A stretch of DNA of 63,874 nt, filler included, from Chiloscyllium plagiosum (taxonomy: Eukaryota), in assembly GCF_004010195.1 (NCBI RefSeq). It is 3 parts of one record of this genome, joined end to end, with 100 filler letters (N's around TTAATTAATTAA, not from the genome) between each part and the next. Parts side by side here need not be neighbours in the genome. Positions count along the whole stretch, not along the records: positions 1 to 23,092 come from NC_057713.1; positions 23,193 to 52,778 come from NC_057713.1; 1 more part is not named here. One strand, written 5' to 3'. Both the position numbers and the translations under genes were made by a program. How positions within the stretch are numbered: the stretch's first letter is position 1; every line of letters begins with the position of its first letter. Of the stretch, positions 22,883 through 35,329 are shown one piece after another. The notes below the pieces were generated by a model. It was not told where the DNA came from. It ran no database searches and saw only the letters and a program-made list of their open reading frames with translations.

Positions 22883-23092
22883 TGTTATGGACTAGGTCAG
22901 ACACCCCTCAAAACATTTTAAGAAAGTAGCCTAGACCTTACCTTTGCTAGTTGTTTGAAGCAGGTGTGAGTGGATATTCCAGGAGTGATGCAGCTGGTCA
23001 AGCCACTCAGTTTTAAACAAAACATAATTTATTTACAAGATTACCGAATGAAACACAAACAAAAGAGAACAGAATAGAGAATAACTTAACCT
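22883..23092 (-). mobile_element. LTR 3' end (probable 3' LTR of the adjacent Gypsy element), cut by assembly gap
   Basis: Minus strand ends ...gaggggtgtctgacctagtccataaca, has an aataaa signal, and is homologous to 5440-5605. Confidence 0.7.
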
Positions 23093-23192
23093 NNNNNNNN
23101 NNNNNNNNNNNNNNNNNNNNNNNNNNNNNNNNNNNNTTAATTAATTAANNNNNNNNNNNNNNNNNNNNNNNNNNNNNNNNNNNNNNNNNNNN
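23093..23192. other. Assembly gap: 44 N + TTAATTAATTAA + 44 N
   Basis: Exactly 100 nt and identical in design to 52779-52878; an artificial contig spacer. Confidence 0.95.
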
Positions 23193-23541
23193 GTGCGCCA
23201 AACTACTACCGCGCCTCCCTTGTCTGCTGGTTTGATAGTGAGGTTGGGGTTGCAATGGAGTGAGTGGAGGGCTGCGCGTTCCGAGGGTGAGAGGTTGGAG
23301 TGGGTGAGTGGGGTGGGGGAGTTCAGGTGGCGGTTAATATCGCGGCGGCAGTTGGCTATGAAGAGGTCGAGGGCAGGTAGGAGGCCAGCACGGGGTGTCC
23401 AGGTGGATGGGGTGTGTTGGAGGCAGGAGAAGGGGTCGTCAGAGGGTGGGCGGGGAGTCTGGTTAAAGAAGTGGGCACGGAGGCGAAGGCGGCGGAAGAA
23501 TTGTTCGATGTCACGCCGCGTGTTGAATTCATTAATCCGGG
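23193..23541 (-). mobile_element. Penelope-like element ORF fragment (N-terminal/DKG region), young
   Basis: Uninterrupted RINEFNTRRDIEQFFRRLRLRAHFF...SNLSPSERAALHSL..NPNLTIKPADKGGAVVVWR. KPADKG is the PLE DKG motif. GC- and CpG-rich relative to its flanks. Confidence 0.9.
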
Positions 23542-24790
23542 AGCCTGCCTTCAAAGCTTGGACTGCTCTTTCTGCCAAACCATTGGTTGATGGATGATAT
23601 GGAGCTGTCATCACATGATGAACACTTTAGGAAATACTCAAATTGCCTGCTGGTAAAAGATGGCCCGTTATCTGTAACTGACACTTCTTGGGGTCCTTGT
23701 AATGAAAACGTTGTGTTTAGTTTTTCCGATTATTGTCTCCATGTTTGATGAATGAAATCTATGCTGCCCAGCCACTGAGTGGATGTCCATAATGACTAAG
23801 AACATTGACAGGACCTGCATAGTTGTAATGTCACTGGGTCCAGGGTTTACCAGGGCATATGCACGAATGTGGGGGCGTTGCTGGTGATGACTTTTAGCCT
23901 TGTTGGCACTCTGGGCACTGCCCCACCAATGCAGCTATGTTTGCGTCAAATCCTGTCCACCAGACATAACTTCTTGCCAACATCTTCATTGTGGACATGC
24001 CTGCATGACCCTGATGGAGTTCAGCCAGTATCCAGTAGTGACCTTTGCTCAGGACAATCACTCTTGCTCCCCACAATTATATACCATCTTCTAATGTGAT
24101 CTGGTCTCTCTAGGTCCATAAAAGTTTCAATTTTAGTTGTGATTAGCTATTTAGTTTCCCCCATCACCACCAGATATTTCAGTTTTGCCAGAACCAGATC
24201 TTTTTGTGTCCAAAGTCTGATACCATCAGCTTTGATTGGAAGTGAATCTGGAAAATTTAAAACCATTACAGACTCTTCCAGTGCTGTTGGTGTATCAGCC
24301 AGTGGAAGTGGCTCAACGCATCCACATTTGCTACTTGGCCTTTTGGATGGTGTTTCAACTTGTAATTATTAGCACTTAATATTAGAGCCCATCACTAAAT
24401 TCGGCCTGAAGCTATAGGCGGCACTGCCTTGACCCCTTTAAGTAGACCTAGCAAGAGTTTGTGGTCCATTGTTATACAAATTTACACCCATTAGGGTATT
24501 GGTGGGGCTTCCTGACTCTAAATATGATCACCAAACCCTCCTGCTCTATCTGGGTGTACTTACGTTCTGCATTAACCAAAGTCTTGGATGCATACTCTAG
24601 TGGGTGTTCCTCTTCATTGGGCAAGCTATAAGCTAATACTAACCCCTGACACTAGATGGGGAGGTATCACATGTCAATACCAGATCTCACTTGGGATCAT
24701 AGTACACCAACACTATGGAGGATTATAGCTGTCTCTTCCCTGAAGGGCTATGGCCATTTGCAAGGCTGATCATTTTTTAAGAGTTGATGC
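23542..24790 (-). mobile_element. Decayed Gypsy pol (RNase H and integrase)
   Basis: WGARVIV...ILAELHQGHAGMSTMKMLARSYVWW.GFDANIAALVGQCPECQ (HHCC region), VTDNGPSFT and TAPYHPSTNGLAERAVQ. Confidence 0.9.
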
Positions 24791-24872
24791 AAATGATTTG
24801 ATGACTTAACAACTTTGAGGCGACTGCATCAGATGTTTACTGAATTCAACAGACTGTCAGAATGTGGTAATG

Positions 24873-24964
24873 CTGCTGAAAATGTGTTGCTGGAACAACG
24901 CAGCAGGTCAGGCAGCATCCAGGGAACAGGAGAATCGACGTTTCGGGCATAAGCCCTTCTTCAG
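24873..24964 (-). mobile_element. About 92-bp PLE-derived insert with 13-bp TSD
   Basis: gaatgtggtaatg duplicated at 24860-24872 and 24965-24977; near-identical to 8010-8100. Confidence 0.88.
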
Positions 24965-24968
24965 GAAT
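24933..24968 (-). ncRNA. Minimal type I hammerhead ribozyme motif
   Basis: Minus strand attc-CTGAAGA-a-gggc-ttat-gccc-GAAA-cGTC-gatt: core, perfect 4-bp stem II, palindromic ACGT, GUC triplet, weak stem I. Confidence 0.62.
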
Positions 24969-26244
24969 GTGGTAATGTCAGGTCCAGCCAAGATGAAAGC
25001 TAATTGGTGGGGAGGACCATTTCGCTTTCTGTCTTGACTGAAAGAATAGAGATGTAAGCTATAGGGACCAAGATGCTACAATTGATTTTCTTCAGGGAAT
25101 TTCTAAAATCTTCTGGAATGTATGGAGGAGTCCATTACCAAATTGAATGGAATTCACCTACATGATACTGACCATCAATAGTCAATCATGGAGCTTGTGA
25201 TCACCTCAATTCTAAATGCACTTGGTTTCCCCCAAACTACACAAACTTTGTAACACCGATAATAGAACCTCTCAATGAGACCAACTCTAAGACCTGTAAG
25301 CTCGATGTTCAATTAACATACTTGCCTTGAACAGACTGTGAGAAAGCATGTAGTGGAAGTTTTACCAGGATCAGAGATTGCCCAGATTGTGCTGTCCCAC
25401 AAATTATCATGTACATTGACCTGAATCCTGGTTGCAGGGTCAGCTGCAGATTGGAAATGGAACATCATGTATGTCAGGATGCCAACAATTCTGAACCATC
25501 ATTATCATCTGGTGCCTGAAAACCCATTGGACCAGGACATGACATGGACTCCAGTTAAAATCAGCAGTTGGACCTTTTCCAGCCTCTGTCCTGATGGGCA
25601 CAAACTCTGAAATTCTCGTGACCTCTTGAAAGTGGCCAACATGCCTCCCTCCTTCCAAGTTGCTTATGAAAATACAGGAATTAATTAAAGTTCAGCACAG
25701 ATAGACACAAGGAGCTTGCACTGCTGTGAGAAATTGTTTGTTTTTATATCTTTATGCTATTGAAAACATAATGCTGCACGTTCCTGTAACATCTGGCATT
25801 TTGCAATGTAAGTTGATATGAATATCAATTTTGGTATTTTGGCAGAGGCTTTTTTTTATATTAGGTACAGGAGCTGGGACATATATGCAGAGAAGCACTG
25901 ACATACTCAGCTAAAATTCGTTCCGTGAACCGCTGTAATGGAGCGCTGGCTTGATGTTCCTCACCATTCTTTAGGACAAAAGTCCCCTTTCCCTTAGCAT
26001 GCTAAAGATTCTGCTACACTGCTAACACCAAGTGCTTTCACAGGAACAAAGCAACATAGAGGAAAAACAACAGAACAGCTACAACATTCTTTCTGGGCTG
26101 TATTGTATGTACTTATTCAGTCCATTCAAACATTTGAATCACTGGACCTAACTTGCATGGGGACGCAAAAAGGGAACAGGGATACTAATTTGTAGCTAGC
26201 CAGGAACATGCAGTTCCAGTTAAATTTAACAGCGGGATCTTTCA

Positions 26245-27050
26245 CAGAATCAGAAGTTTCTTAAAGAGAAGGAGGCTATTTGAGCAGTTCACGGTGCACC
26301 ATTCTTCTGCCTTCTCCCTGTAAAGCCACACATTCTCCCTTTTTTATATAACAGGCTAACTCTCTTTTGAATGCCTTAATTCAGCTTGCATCCACCACAG
26401 AACTGATGCAGTGATCAAGAGTTTTTTTTCTCTCATATTGCTGTTACTTCTTTTACCAATAGCTTTAATTCTCTGCTTATTCATACTTGATTGTTTCACA
26501 AGTGAGAGTAGCTTCCGCTCCATCGTGCTTTTGATGGATCTTCACTAATTTGACCTCATTGTCATGTTTTGGTCCAAGTCAGCTGCCCATCTGGAAGGTA
26601 GAGTGGTGGTGGACAGGAAAGTCATGGGTAGAAGGTTCCTTTTGACATTCCTTCCTCACGTTCTGAAGAAGGGTTATACCCAAAACTTTGATCTCTTCAA
26701 CTCCTGATGCTGCCTGGCTTGCTGTGTTCTTCCCGCCTCCTGCTGGTCTACTGTAGATTCTAGTTTTTTTTGCCTCTAACTTTGGGGTTCCTTGACAATC
26801 AGTAAAGATTGAGACATGTTCAGATCAAAGGAGAATCATAAAGGCCTACAGCACAGCAAGAGAAGGCCCTACGGCCCATCACATCCCCGCCAGTCAAAAG
26901 CAACAACTTAATTATTCTAATCCCATTTTTCTTGGCATTGCATGGGCACATCTAAATATTTCTGAAATGTTATAAGGATTTCTGCCTCTCCCACTTTTGC
27001 AGGCAGTGAGTTCTGGATTCCCACCAAACTCTGGGTGAAAAAAATATTCA
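26245..27050 (-). mobile_element. Two CR1 3'-end fragments (about 26245-26520 and 26830-27050) with a plus-strand PLE repeat at 26661-26765 between them
   Basis: FFTQSLVGIQNSLPAKVGEAEILITFQKYLD is a CR1 ORF2 C-terminus. ttctgaagaagggttatacccaaaac...gatgctgcctggcttgctg is a PLE repeat. Confidence 0.7.
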
Positions 27051-27944
27051 AAGTCCCCAAAATCTGAATAAGGATTCTGATTAAAATATTATAACATGAA
27101 TTAAATTCTTCAGAATAGTTTGCAGACTGAGTAGGTCTGCTCACAAATCTATCATTAGAAACCTAGATGCAGGCAAAAACATGCGAAGATGGAATTAGGT
27201 TTCACAGTTTTTCTAACTTAAGCTCCTCAAGGGATCTTCTCTTGTCTGATGCAGCGTTGAGGGGAATGCTAAAAATCACTTCAATATTTCAGGTAGCAAT
27301 GGTATTTCGAATGAGAGCATAAGCGGTAGCATGGATCTGACTATAGCAGAGGTCAATAGATAAATATGGGTTGCTGTGAGCAGTCATGAATAAAGAATCT
27401 TGGGGTAATCGCTGCCTCCAACAGGAAGCATTTGACTCATTTGTGGGAGCAAGCAATGGGTGAATTTTAGGAAGTAATGGATAATTAATGCAAAATTAAA
27501 GCATTATGCTGATCTGTGCAATATGCTGCTAGTTATCACAGTCATTGGCATTCATAAAGACAATTCCATTGTGTGGATGAGGAACAAAGGGTGATATGCA
27601 GTCCCCAGTGGGACTTAGGGAATCCTGAAACACTTCTGACTGACAAGTTTGGGTGATGTTGCTGATATACCCTCCAGTCTTTCAGCGAGAGCAAATGGCA
27701 AGCAAGCATAGGACTGCTTTAACCTTAAAGACAACAACAAAAAAAATTGCATTTATATTGCTTTTGTTTTGCAGAAATAATATCTGAATGTGTGCAGAGG
27801 AGATTATTGTACATAATTTGACAATAAGTCATGAAAAGGTAAATTAGGAGATGTGGTCAAATACTTGACTTTCAAAATGTGATGTAAAGGAGGAGATAAA
27901 GATGAGGCTGTGTCAGCTACCGAAGTTGCAAAATAAAAATCGTA

Positions 27945-28155
27945 AGAACTATGGCTGCTGAAAATCAGAATCAAAAACACAAATTGCTGGAAAAGCTCTG
28001 CAAGTGTGCCAGCAGCAGTGTTAATATTTCGGGTCGAGTGACCCTTCCTTATTACCTTTCTTAGGAAGGGTCATTCGACCCGAAACACTAACTCTGATTT
28101 CTCTCCACTGATGCTGCCAGACCTGCTGAGCATTTCCAGCAATTTCTGTTCTTGT
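27945..28155. mobile_element. Fold-back PLE terminal-repeat element (third family)
   Basis: tttcgggtcgagtgacccttcct is inverted to aggaagggtcattcgacccgaaa, and aaattgctggaaaagctc is inverted to gagcatttccagcaattt. Confidence 0.8.
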
Positions 28156-28959
28156 TACTGTGTTTGCAAATACTCTTGAGTAATGTGATGCAGTCTCTCA
28201 CTTCTTCCCTCAAGAATTGAAACCTTTTGACATACAAAGACCACAGGTATATTTTCCTGACCCTGCAATCTCTGTACACTTTTCTTTCTGAACACCCCTC
28301 TTCTTAATTGATTTCCCTTTGGCTCTTTCTCCTTCTTAGTTCTCTTCCTGCATGGACAATCATCATGAAAATACCTGCGAAGCCAGAAGCCTCTTAACAA
28401 GTCATGAGGAAAAATAACAACCCCAAGTGCTTTCAAATTATGTAAAAGAAAATAAAGTCAAGTTTAGCATGAGTCTTTATTATCTATTACTGTGATTTTC
28501 ACACCTCTAGAAGGCTCAAAGCATCTTACAGCAAATAAAACACCATTTAAATGCCATCAAATGTTGCAGTTATAAGTTCATAAAACTCAAACAATAACAG
28601 GGACCACTTCTCCATAGCTTCTATCTTTACAAAAGCTCTAAACAGCAATAGATCCCTTTCAGTAACACTTGAAATGGTTGTTTAAGAGTTTTGTACATCT
28701 GCAGTGATGTTTGAAAGCAGGGACCTTGCGTAAGGTCTGAAAATGACATTAATATTAACATCCTAAGGCACTTTTTGAGTTTTATTTTCACATGTTCCTG
28801 AGATTTCTGCCTGCTCCAGATGGGTGGTTTGATGTTGGGAATGAAAGTCCCCTGAAGAAAACTACTTGTAAAGGCAGTGAAAAATAGATAGGAAGAACAT
28901 GCACTTTAATTTCTGACTGCTACCTCTTCAGTTTTTAATGTAAATGAGGGAATTAAGGA

Positions 28960-29280
28960 AATATTAATAACCCTTGAGTTGAAGTGACTGTAAAAAATCC
29001 CTAGGCATTATGTGAAGGAAAACATAGAGTAGTCACTACTTGCTGACCAACATATCTGCAAACCAATATTAATAAAATAGATTCTTCAGTCACTATCATA
29101 TTGCTTTTTGCAGGACCTTATCGTGCACAAATTGCTTGCATTAATTGTGTGAATATATTTCATTTCCTACATGACAATAGTGACAACTCTTCGAAAGCAC
29201 AAAGCTGGCTAGAAATACTGTGGGATATGCTCAGATTGAAAAATGTACAATATGAATTCATAAATATTTGTTTGCTTTCT
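28960..29280 (+). mobile_element. Old Deu-domain (SacSINE1-like) SINE, 3' part
   Basis: gtaaaaaatccctaggcattat...gtcactatcatattgct...gtgcacaaattg...tttcctacatgacaatagtgac resembles my recollection of the DeuSINE body and L2-like tail. Not database-checked. Confidence 0.45.
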
Positions 29281-30677
29281 GTCTACCCCATTAAGATTTA
29301 GGCAGTCCAGGCTATTGACTTCTCCTGACACAAATTAAGAGTGGTAATCCATGCATGCCTTACATAGTTCTCTGACCATGCACTTTATAATTGGGCGGAA
29401 AATAATTTGGAGTGAGCTAACCTCCTTGTGGAACTCTGAACCTTCTTCACACAAGCCTCTGCACTGATAATATTTGTAAAATCTACTTCTGGAAGTGATA
29501 AAAAGAAAGCTAAGCATCCAAGCTAAATTTCTTGCACATTTGATTCAAACAGACAATGTTCGAAGTCATTTCATTATTAATGGCAAAAATTAAGGCAGAT
29601 TTCCACTCATCGACAATTCACAAGGCACAGCGTGAAATTGATTGTGGCATCCTATTATACAACAGTTTGAAGAAGTTCAGACATAAACTTGCATTATGAC
29701 AGCATCTGGTTGAGCAACAGGAATTGATGTGAACTGATGTCAAGATCATCTGGCTTAGCAGTGAGATCATGACAGTTACATCAAGAACATACCGGGAAAT
29801 CAATGCAATGCTACTAATCAAAAGTTGAAAGTAGTAATACTGGCTATCAAGTTTTTCTTGAGTTCAGCAGCATTTCATAATCCGAGAGTTAATGTCACAG
29901 AACACTGACTGCTTTTTATAATATTGAAAAAGGCAATGTACATCGCGCAGACCCCACCAAGGTGGCAAAGTACAAGGAATAAATAAATCTGATTAGATAT
30001 TTAAAAATTTATAAATAATGTGACTCAAGGCTACATGGCATCACAACTTGGGAAAACAAGCCCTCATTAATTCATGGAGGATTAAGGATAAAATGGATTC
30101 TGAATAAAAGGACGATATTTTAGGGAGGGAGACTAAAATCTTGATCAAAGAAATAGATTAAAAAATATCCTTTGGGGTACTTGTGCTCTATATTGCACCA
30201 TATGTCAATGAATCCTTTACTTTGTTCGTATGCCTCATGACAGGGTACCTGAGTGCAAGGAGCAACTGAATAACAGGATGGAGGTAATTGACTCCTATTT
30301 TGTTTACATGTGAAGAATTTTCCAAGATCTTGCTGTCCAATGTTCCCTGCCATCTGCTGGCCTACGGACTAAGGAAGGTAATAGAACATAGGAGGAAATT
30401 CCGTCAAGGCCAGTTTTCATGCATGTGGTTAATATTTGTGAATTTACCATGTTTTACCCTGTTGGTGCAGGAATGATATAAACCTTAGGCTGCCTCATTT
30501 CTATGGTTGCCTTGCACTGCGCAGTAAAACATGTATGCGCTGGAAATGTACATGAAGTGTACGGGTGGGGTTAGTGGAGGGCAGGTGTTGAGTGATTGTG
30601 GGGGAGTGGAGGATACCGTTACTGCAGTCCTTAAAGTTACCAATAATGTGGGATGTCAAAGAAGGAGGCATTGTGAT

Positions 30678-30708
30678 GGGGGGGGGGGGGGTTGGGGGGG
30701 GGGGGGGG
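30678..30708 (+). repeat. G14-TT-G15 homopolymer tract
   Basis: Read directly from the sequence. Confidence 0.9.
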
Positions 30709-30719
30709 CTGCGGTGAGG

Positions 30720-31030
30720 GGCTGGTGGTGAGGTGCAACGGCATACAGCCACTAGCACTAGACAATTAATCCAGAGACCTTGATAGTGATCTGGGATCCT
30801 GGGTTCGAATCTTACCATGCAAGCTGGTGGAATTTGGATTCAGTGTTTTAAAAGTCTTGAATGAACAGCCTAATGATGACAATCATTCCAACATTGATTG
30901 TCGAGAAATAAAATCCAGCTCACTCTTGTTCTTCAGAAAGAAAATCTGCTATCCTTGTCTGAATCTGGGAATGGTAATCAATGCTTGCCTAGCAAGTGAC
31001 GCCCACATCCAGCGAACAAATAATTTATAA
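30720..31030 (+). mobile_element. tRNA-derived SINE, same family as 9451-9803, internally deleted
   Basis: taatccagagacc...ctgggatcctgggttcgaatcttaccatg...agaaagaaaatctgctatcctt...gtgacgcccacatcc. Confidence 0.8.
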
Positions 31031-31054
31031 AAAAAAGACTGTGATGTCAATTTA

Positions 31055-31820
31055 AGCCATTCAGCCTATCGAGTCTGCTGTACATTTGATCATTGCTGAT
31101 ATGCTTGTCAATTCTATCTTCCTGCTTCCTCTCGGTAACCCTTGATTCCCTTCCTGATCAAACACCTATCTATCTCTGTCTTAAAGACATTCAATGACTT
31201 GGCCTCCACCTGCCATCTTTGGTAATGGGTTCCTCAGATTAACCAACTTCTGGCTCAAGAAATTTCTCCTCATCTCAGTTCTAGAGGTCCTGGGTCCTGA
31301 CCTCTTCTACTCTGGAAACATCGTCCCCACATCCACTCTATCCAGACGTTTGCGTATTCTGTTAAGTTCCAATTAAATCCCCTTCATCCTTCTGAACTCA
31401 TTTGAGACTGGGTCCTTAGCCGTTCCTCATATGACAAGACCTTTATTGCCAAGTTCATTCTAGTCAATCGTCTCTGGACCCCATCCAAACTCAGCACATC
31501 CTTCCTTAGATATAGGACCCAAAACTGCTCACAATACTCCAAACGTGGTCTGATCATAGTCTTACACAGTCTCAGCAGTATATCCCTGCTCTTGTATTCT
31601 TGCTATCTTCAAATGAATTCCAACAGATTATTTGCCTTCCTAACTACCACCTGAACCTGCATGTTTACCTTAAGTGAATCCTGGACGAAGACACTCCACT
31701 ACGTGAAGCCTTTTCCCGTTTAGAAAATTTTCTATGTTTCTATTTCTATTTTTCCTGCTGACGTGTATTATCTCACATTATCCCACATGATATTCTATCT
31801 GCCACTTCTTTGCCTGCTCA
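31055..31820 (-). mobile_element. CR1-type LINE 3' portion
   Basis: Minus strand LIRPRLEYCEQFWVLYLRKDVLSL, followed by a CR1 3' UTR. Confidence 0.85.
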
Positions 31821-31824
31821 GTGA

Positions 31825-34760
31825 CAGTACATGACTCACTACCTGAATGACAATGGGCAAATAGAATTAAGAGTAATGAATGTATGGCTCAAAGACTGGT
31901 ATGGGAGAAATAGGTTCCAATCTGTGGGGTACTGGCACCAGGACTGGGAAATATGGTGGTTGTAGTGTGGGATGGTCTACCTATGAACCATGAGGACAAA
32001 TGCTTTAGTGAACTGCAATGCTAAAGAAGTAGAGAGAACTTGAAACAAAATAGTGGAAGCAAAGGATCAAATTTGGGACAATGTGGTGAAGGATGTTATG
32101 GAGCCAGGCAAGACAGAAAGGTATTAATGTAGGAATTGCTAAACAGACAATACAAAAAGGTACTAAGAGTACAACCTTAAAGATAAACCAACTTGAGGTT
32201 AGTGTTACCAAAGCTAGAAAAGGACAAAATCAAAGGACTTATCTGAATGCATATTGCATTTGGAACAAAACAGATGAACTGATAGCACAAATAAAAATTA
32301 ACAGCATGATCTGATAAATAATCAAAAGATGTGACTACAGGATGATTTTGATCAGACCTGAATATTGAAGGGTTTATAATATTTGGGAATGACAAGAAAC
32401 TAGTGAGGGATGGAAGGATAGCTTTGAAAATTATTAATGCCATTCAGTGAACAGAAGGGTGCCCTCAGTTTGACAAATCAGGGTATAGAGGCACTTGGGC
32501 AGAGATGAGGACTGATAAAGGCAAGAAGTTTCTTGTGGAAATAGTGTACAAGCCACCAACAGTAAGCACCATGGTATAATGGAATAAAAATAAAAACATA
32601 ATCAGGGATTGTCAGAAAGGTATGGTGAAAAACATGAGGGATTATGTTCAATCTATCAATATGAAAAATTGAGTACAGGTAACCTACGTGAAGAGTTAAC
32701 AGAATCTTTCAGGATTGCTTCTTTGATCAGCATGTTCAGAGAACAAGCTTTACTAAAACTGTGCAGTGGGATATCAAAGAGTCCCGAGGTAACAGTAATC
32801 CCAATATTATGGAATTTTACATTCAGTTTGATGGAGAGAGGTATGAGTCCAAGACTAGTGTCATAAACATAAATAAACCATATGTGAAGAGATGAAAGCA
32901 AAACTATTTGAAGAAGGGATAGGTGTACAGATGTAGTGGCAGACACTTAAATGTTGCTTTAGAACACACACAATGCATGCATTACACTAAGGAAGAAAAA
33001 TTCAAAGTGGAGGATTCACAACCTTTGAAGAGCTATAAAGGTTCAATGTAATCTCAAAGCTCAAAATAAATCACTTAATTATGCTAAGATAGGTGGGAAG
33101 TCAGAAGACTGGATGGAAACTTGAATACACGATAGAATGAATAAAAGATAAGTAGGGAAAACCTCCAGTATGAGAGAAAGCTAGCTACAGATATTTAAGA
33201 ATAGTAAGGGTTTTAATAGATTTTTCTTTTAAAAAGGAGCTAACAAAGTGAAGAACTGCCTGATTGAAAATGATTCTGGGGAATTAATAATGGAAAATAG
33301 GCAGATAGCAGATGAATTATTCAGGAATTTTGCATTAGTCTTTACAACAGAGGAATATTCCAGACGTATCTATAAATCAGTAAATGGAACAGAAGGATGA
33401 ATAAAAAAATGAAGTCATCAAAAGCAGTACTAAGCAAGTTATTGAAGCTGAAGGCGGTCAAGTCCCTGGGCCCTATTAAACTTCACATTAAGCTATTAAT
33501 AGAAGTGCCCTGTGAGATAGTTGATGCATTAGTTCCAATTTTCAAAAAATCTTGTGACCTGGGAAAGATTCCAAAAGGTTGTAAATTGGTGAATGTGACT
33601 TATTTAGTCAAAAAAGCAGGGCAACAGGAGAAAGGAAGCTACATGTCAGTTGGCTTACCATCTCTCATTGGGATGATATTATAAGTTATTATTGAAAACA
33701 TTATAACAAGGCGCTTGAATAAGCTCAAGGGAATCAGGCAGAGTGGAACATGTCCATTTTATCAGGAAGAATATAAAAGGCATGTGTTTGAAATGGAGAG
33801 AGGCATGCAGCACTGAGATACAACAGATTACATACCACACCATTTTTATCAGAACAAAATAGGCAGTAGCCATTCTCTGGTTCGTTCCTTTGGGCAATGC
33901 CCTGACCAATCTAAATCATTCAACCTCATTTAATTTTAAATAATGTTGGTGCTTGACTGGTAGTCATGATCTAATCAATGGTTTCTCCATTTTAGCACTA
34001 TTTTCAATCAATCAGGATCTACTTGTCAATAATTCAGCTCTCACCTCTTATACAAAATACATTATATTTTTTCCTTCCCTTCGATACTTTTTTGCAAATT
34101 GTCCTGATTAACGCAAGTTAGAAAGCTTCAATAAAATATGTATTTATTTTTCAGGAATCCTTAAGCTCTGTATTACCAAACAACTATTTGTTTGCACTTC
34201 AAAGTTATTCAGGTAATCAGTCAGAGTATATCTGGAGCACTGTGTACATTATTGGACTCCATATTTATGGAAGCACATAAATTCATTGGAAGCAATTCAG
34301 AGGAGATTGCTCAACTAAGTTCTGGATTGGCCAAGTTGTCTTATGAGGAAAGATTGGGTATCCATTGGAGTTAAGTAAGTTAATAAGTGACTTGATTAAA
34401 GTGTATATGATCCTGAGGGCTTTTGACAAGATAGGAGTGGAAAGGATGTTTCTTTTCATGGGAGAATTGAGATTGAGGGGCACTATTGTAAAATAAAAAG
34501 TCACTTTTTCATAACAGAAATGAAGGGCTTTGTTTTTGACATAGACGTGAGTCTTTGGAAATCTGTTCCTCAAAAGGTGGTGGGACCAAAGTTTCTGAAT
34601 ATTTTTAAGGCAGCGGTTGATAGTTTATTGATAAACATGGGGGTGAGAGGTGGTCGTGGTTAAGCAGGGATGTGGAGCAATCAGGTCATTCATGATCTTA
34701 TTAAATAGTAGAGCAGGTCCAAGGGGTCAAACAGTCTACTGCTGATCCTCATGCAGATGT
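31825..34760 (+). mobile_element. Old CR1 (ORF1 esterase end, ORF2 endonuclease/RT, 3' UTR) with deletions and a PLE-like insert at about 33760-34140
   Basis: MNVWLKDWYGRNRFQSVGYWHQDW (ORF1 SGNH-like), YLNAYCIWNKTDELIAQI (APE start), KLKAVKSLGP...EIVDALVPIF and LSYEERL. Confidence 0.8.
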
Positions 34761-34769
34761 TCATGCAAA

Positions 34770-34905
34770 AATGTGCAGGTTAGGTGAATTGGCCATGCTA
34801 AATTGACCATAGTGTTAGGTGTCTGGGTGGGTTGCGCTTTGGCGGGTCGGTGTGGACTTGTTGGGCCGAAGCGCCTGTTTCTACACTAAGTAATCTAATC
34901 TAGTC
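34770..34905 (+). mobile_element. HE1 SINE 3' fragment
   Basis: atgtgcaggttaggtgaattggccatgctaaattg...gggccgaagcgcctgtttctacact...aatctaatctag. Confidence 0.85.
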
Positions 34906-35329
34906 TAAAAATTAGAAAGAAGGATGAAGTCCTGAATGCAGAATTTAGGAAGATATGAAAGAGTTTGTACAGCAAAACCTCAGTGTCAGTAATCTTAGAA
35001 ATACTCAGTGATTCAAGTGCTTATTAATTGAAATAGGAAAACTGCAGGAATGGACATGTGCTGGACAGAAATGTAACAGGGAGAGTTTAAGATTTCTGCA
35101 ACATTGAAAATGATTCTAGGGTAATTTGAACCTGTACAAATAAGATGATGATAATTTAACAGGATGGACTCGAATACACTTATGGGAAAATTTGTTAGCA
35201 CCACTGGTGTGGGGAAAATTATTGTCAGGAGATTGGGAAGCTAAAACTGATTTCATGTTGGAGAAAATTAAAGCTAGTTATGGGAAGTGGAAAGTTATAT
35301 GTGAAAATGCAATGAAGCAGAACAAAATA

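Noticed and set aside
23137..23148. TTAATTAATTAA as a biological motif (piggyBac TTAA or homeodomain site)
   Set aside because: It is centred in two identical 100-nt N blocks; an assembly spacer.
30501..30818. Poly-proline ORF
   Set aside because: Produced by the poly-G tract plus antisense SINE sequence.
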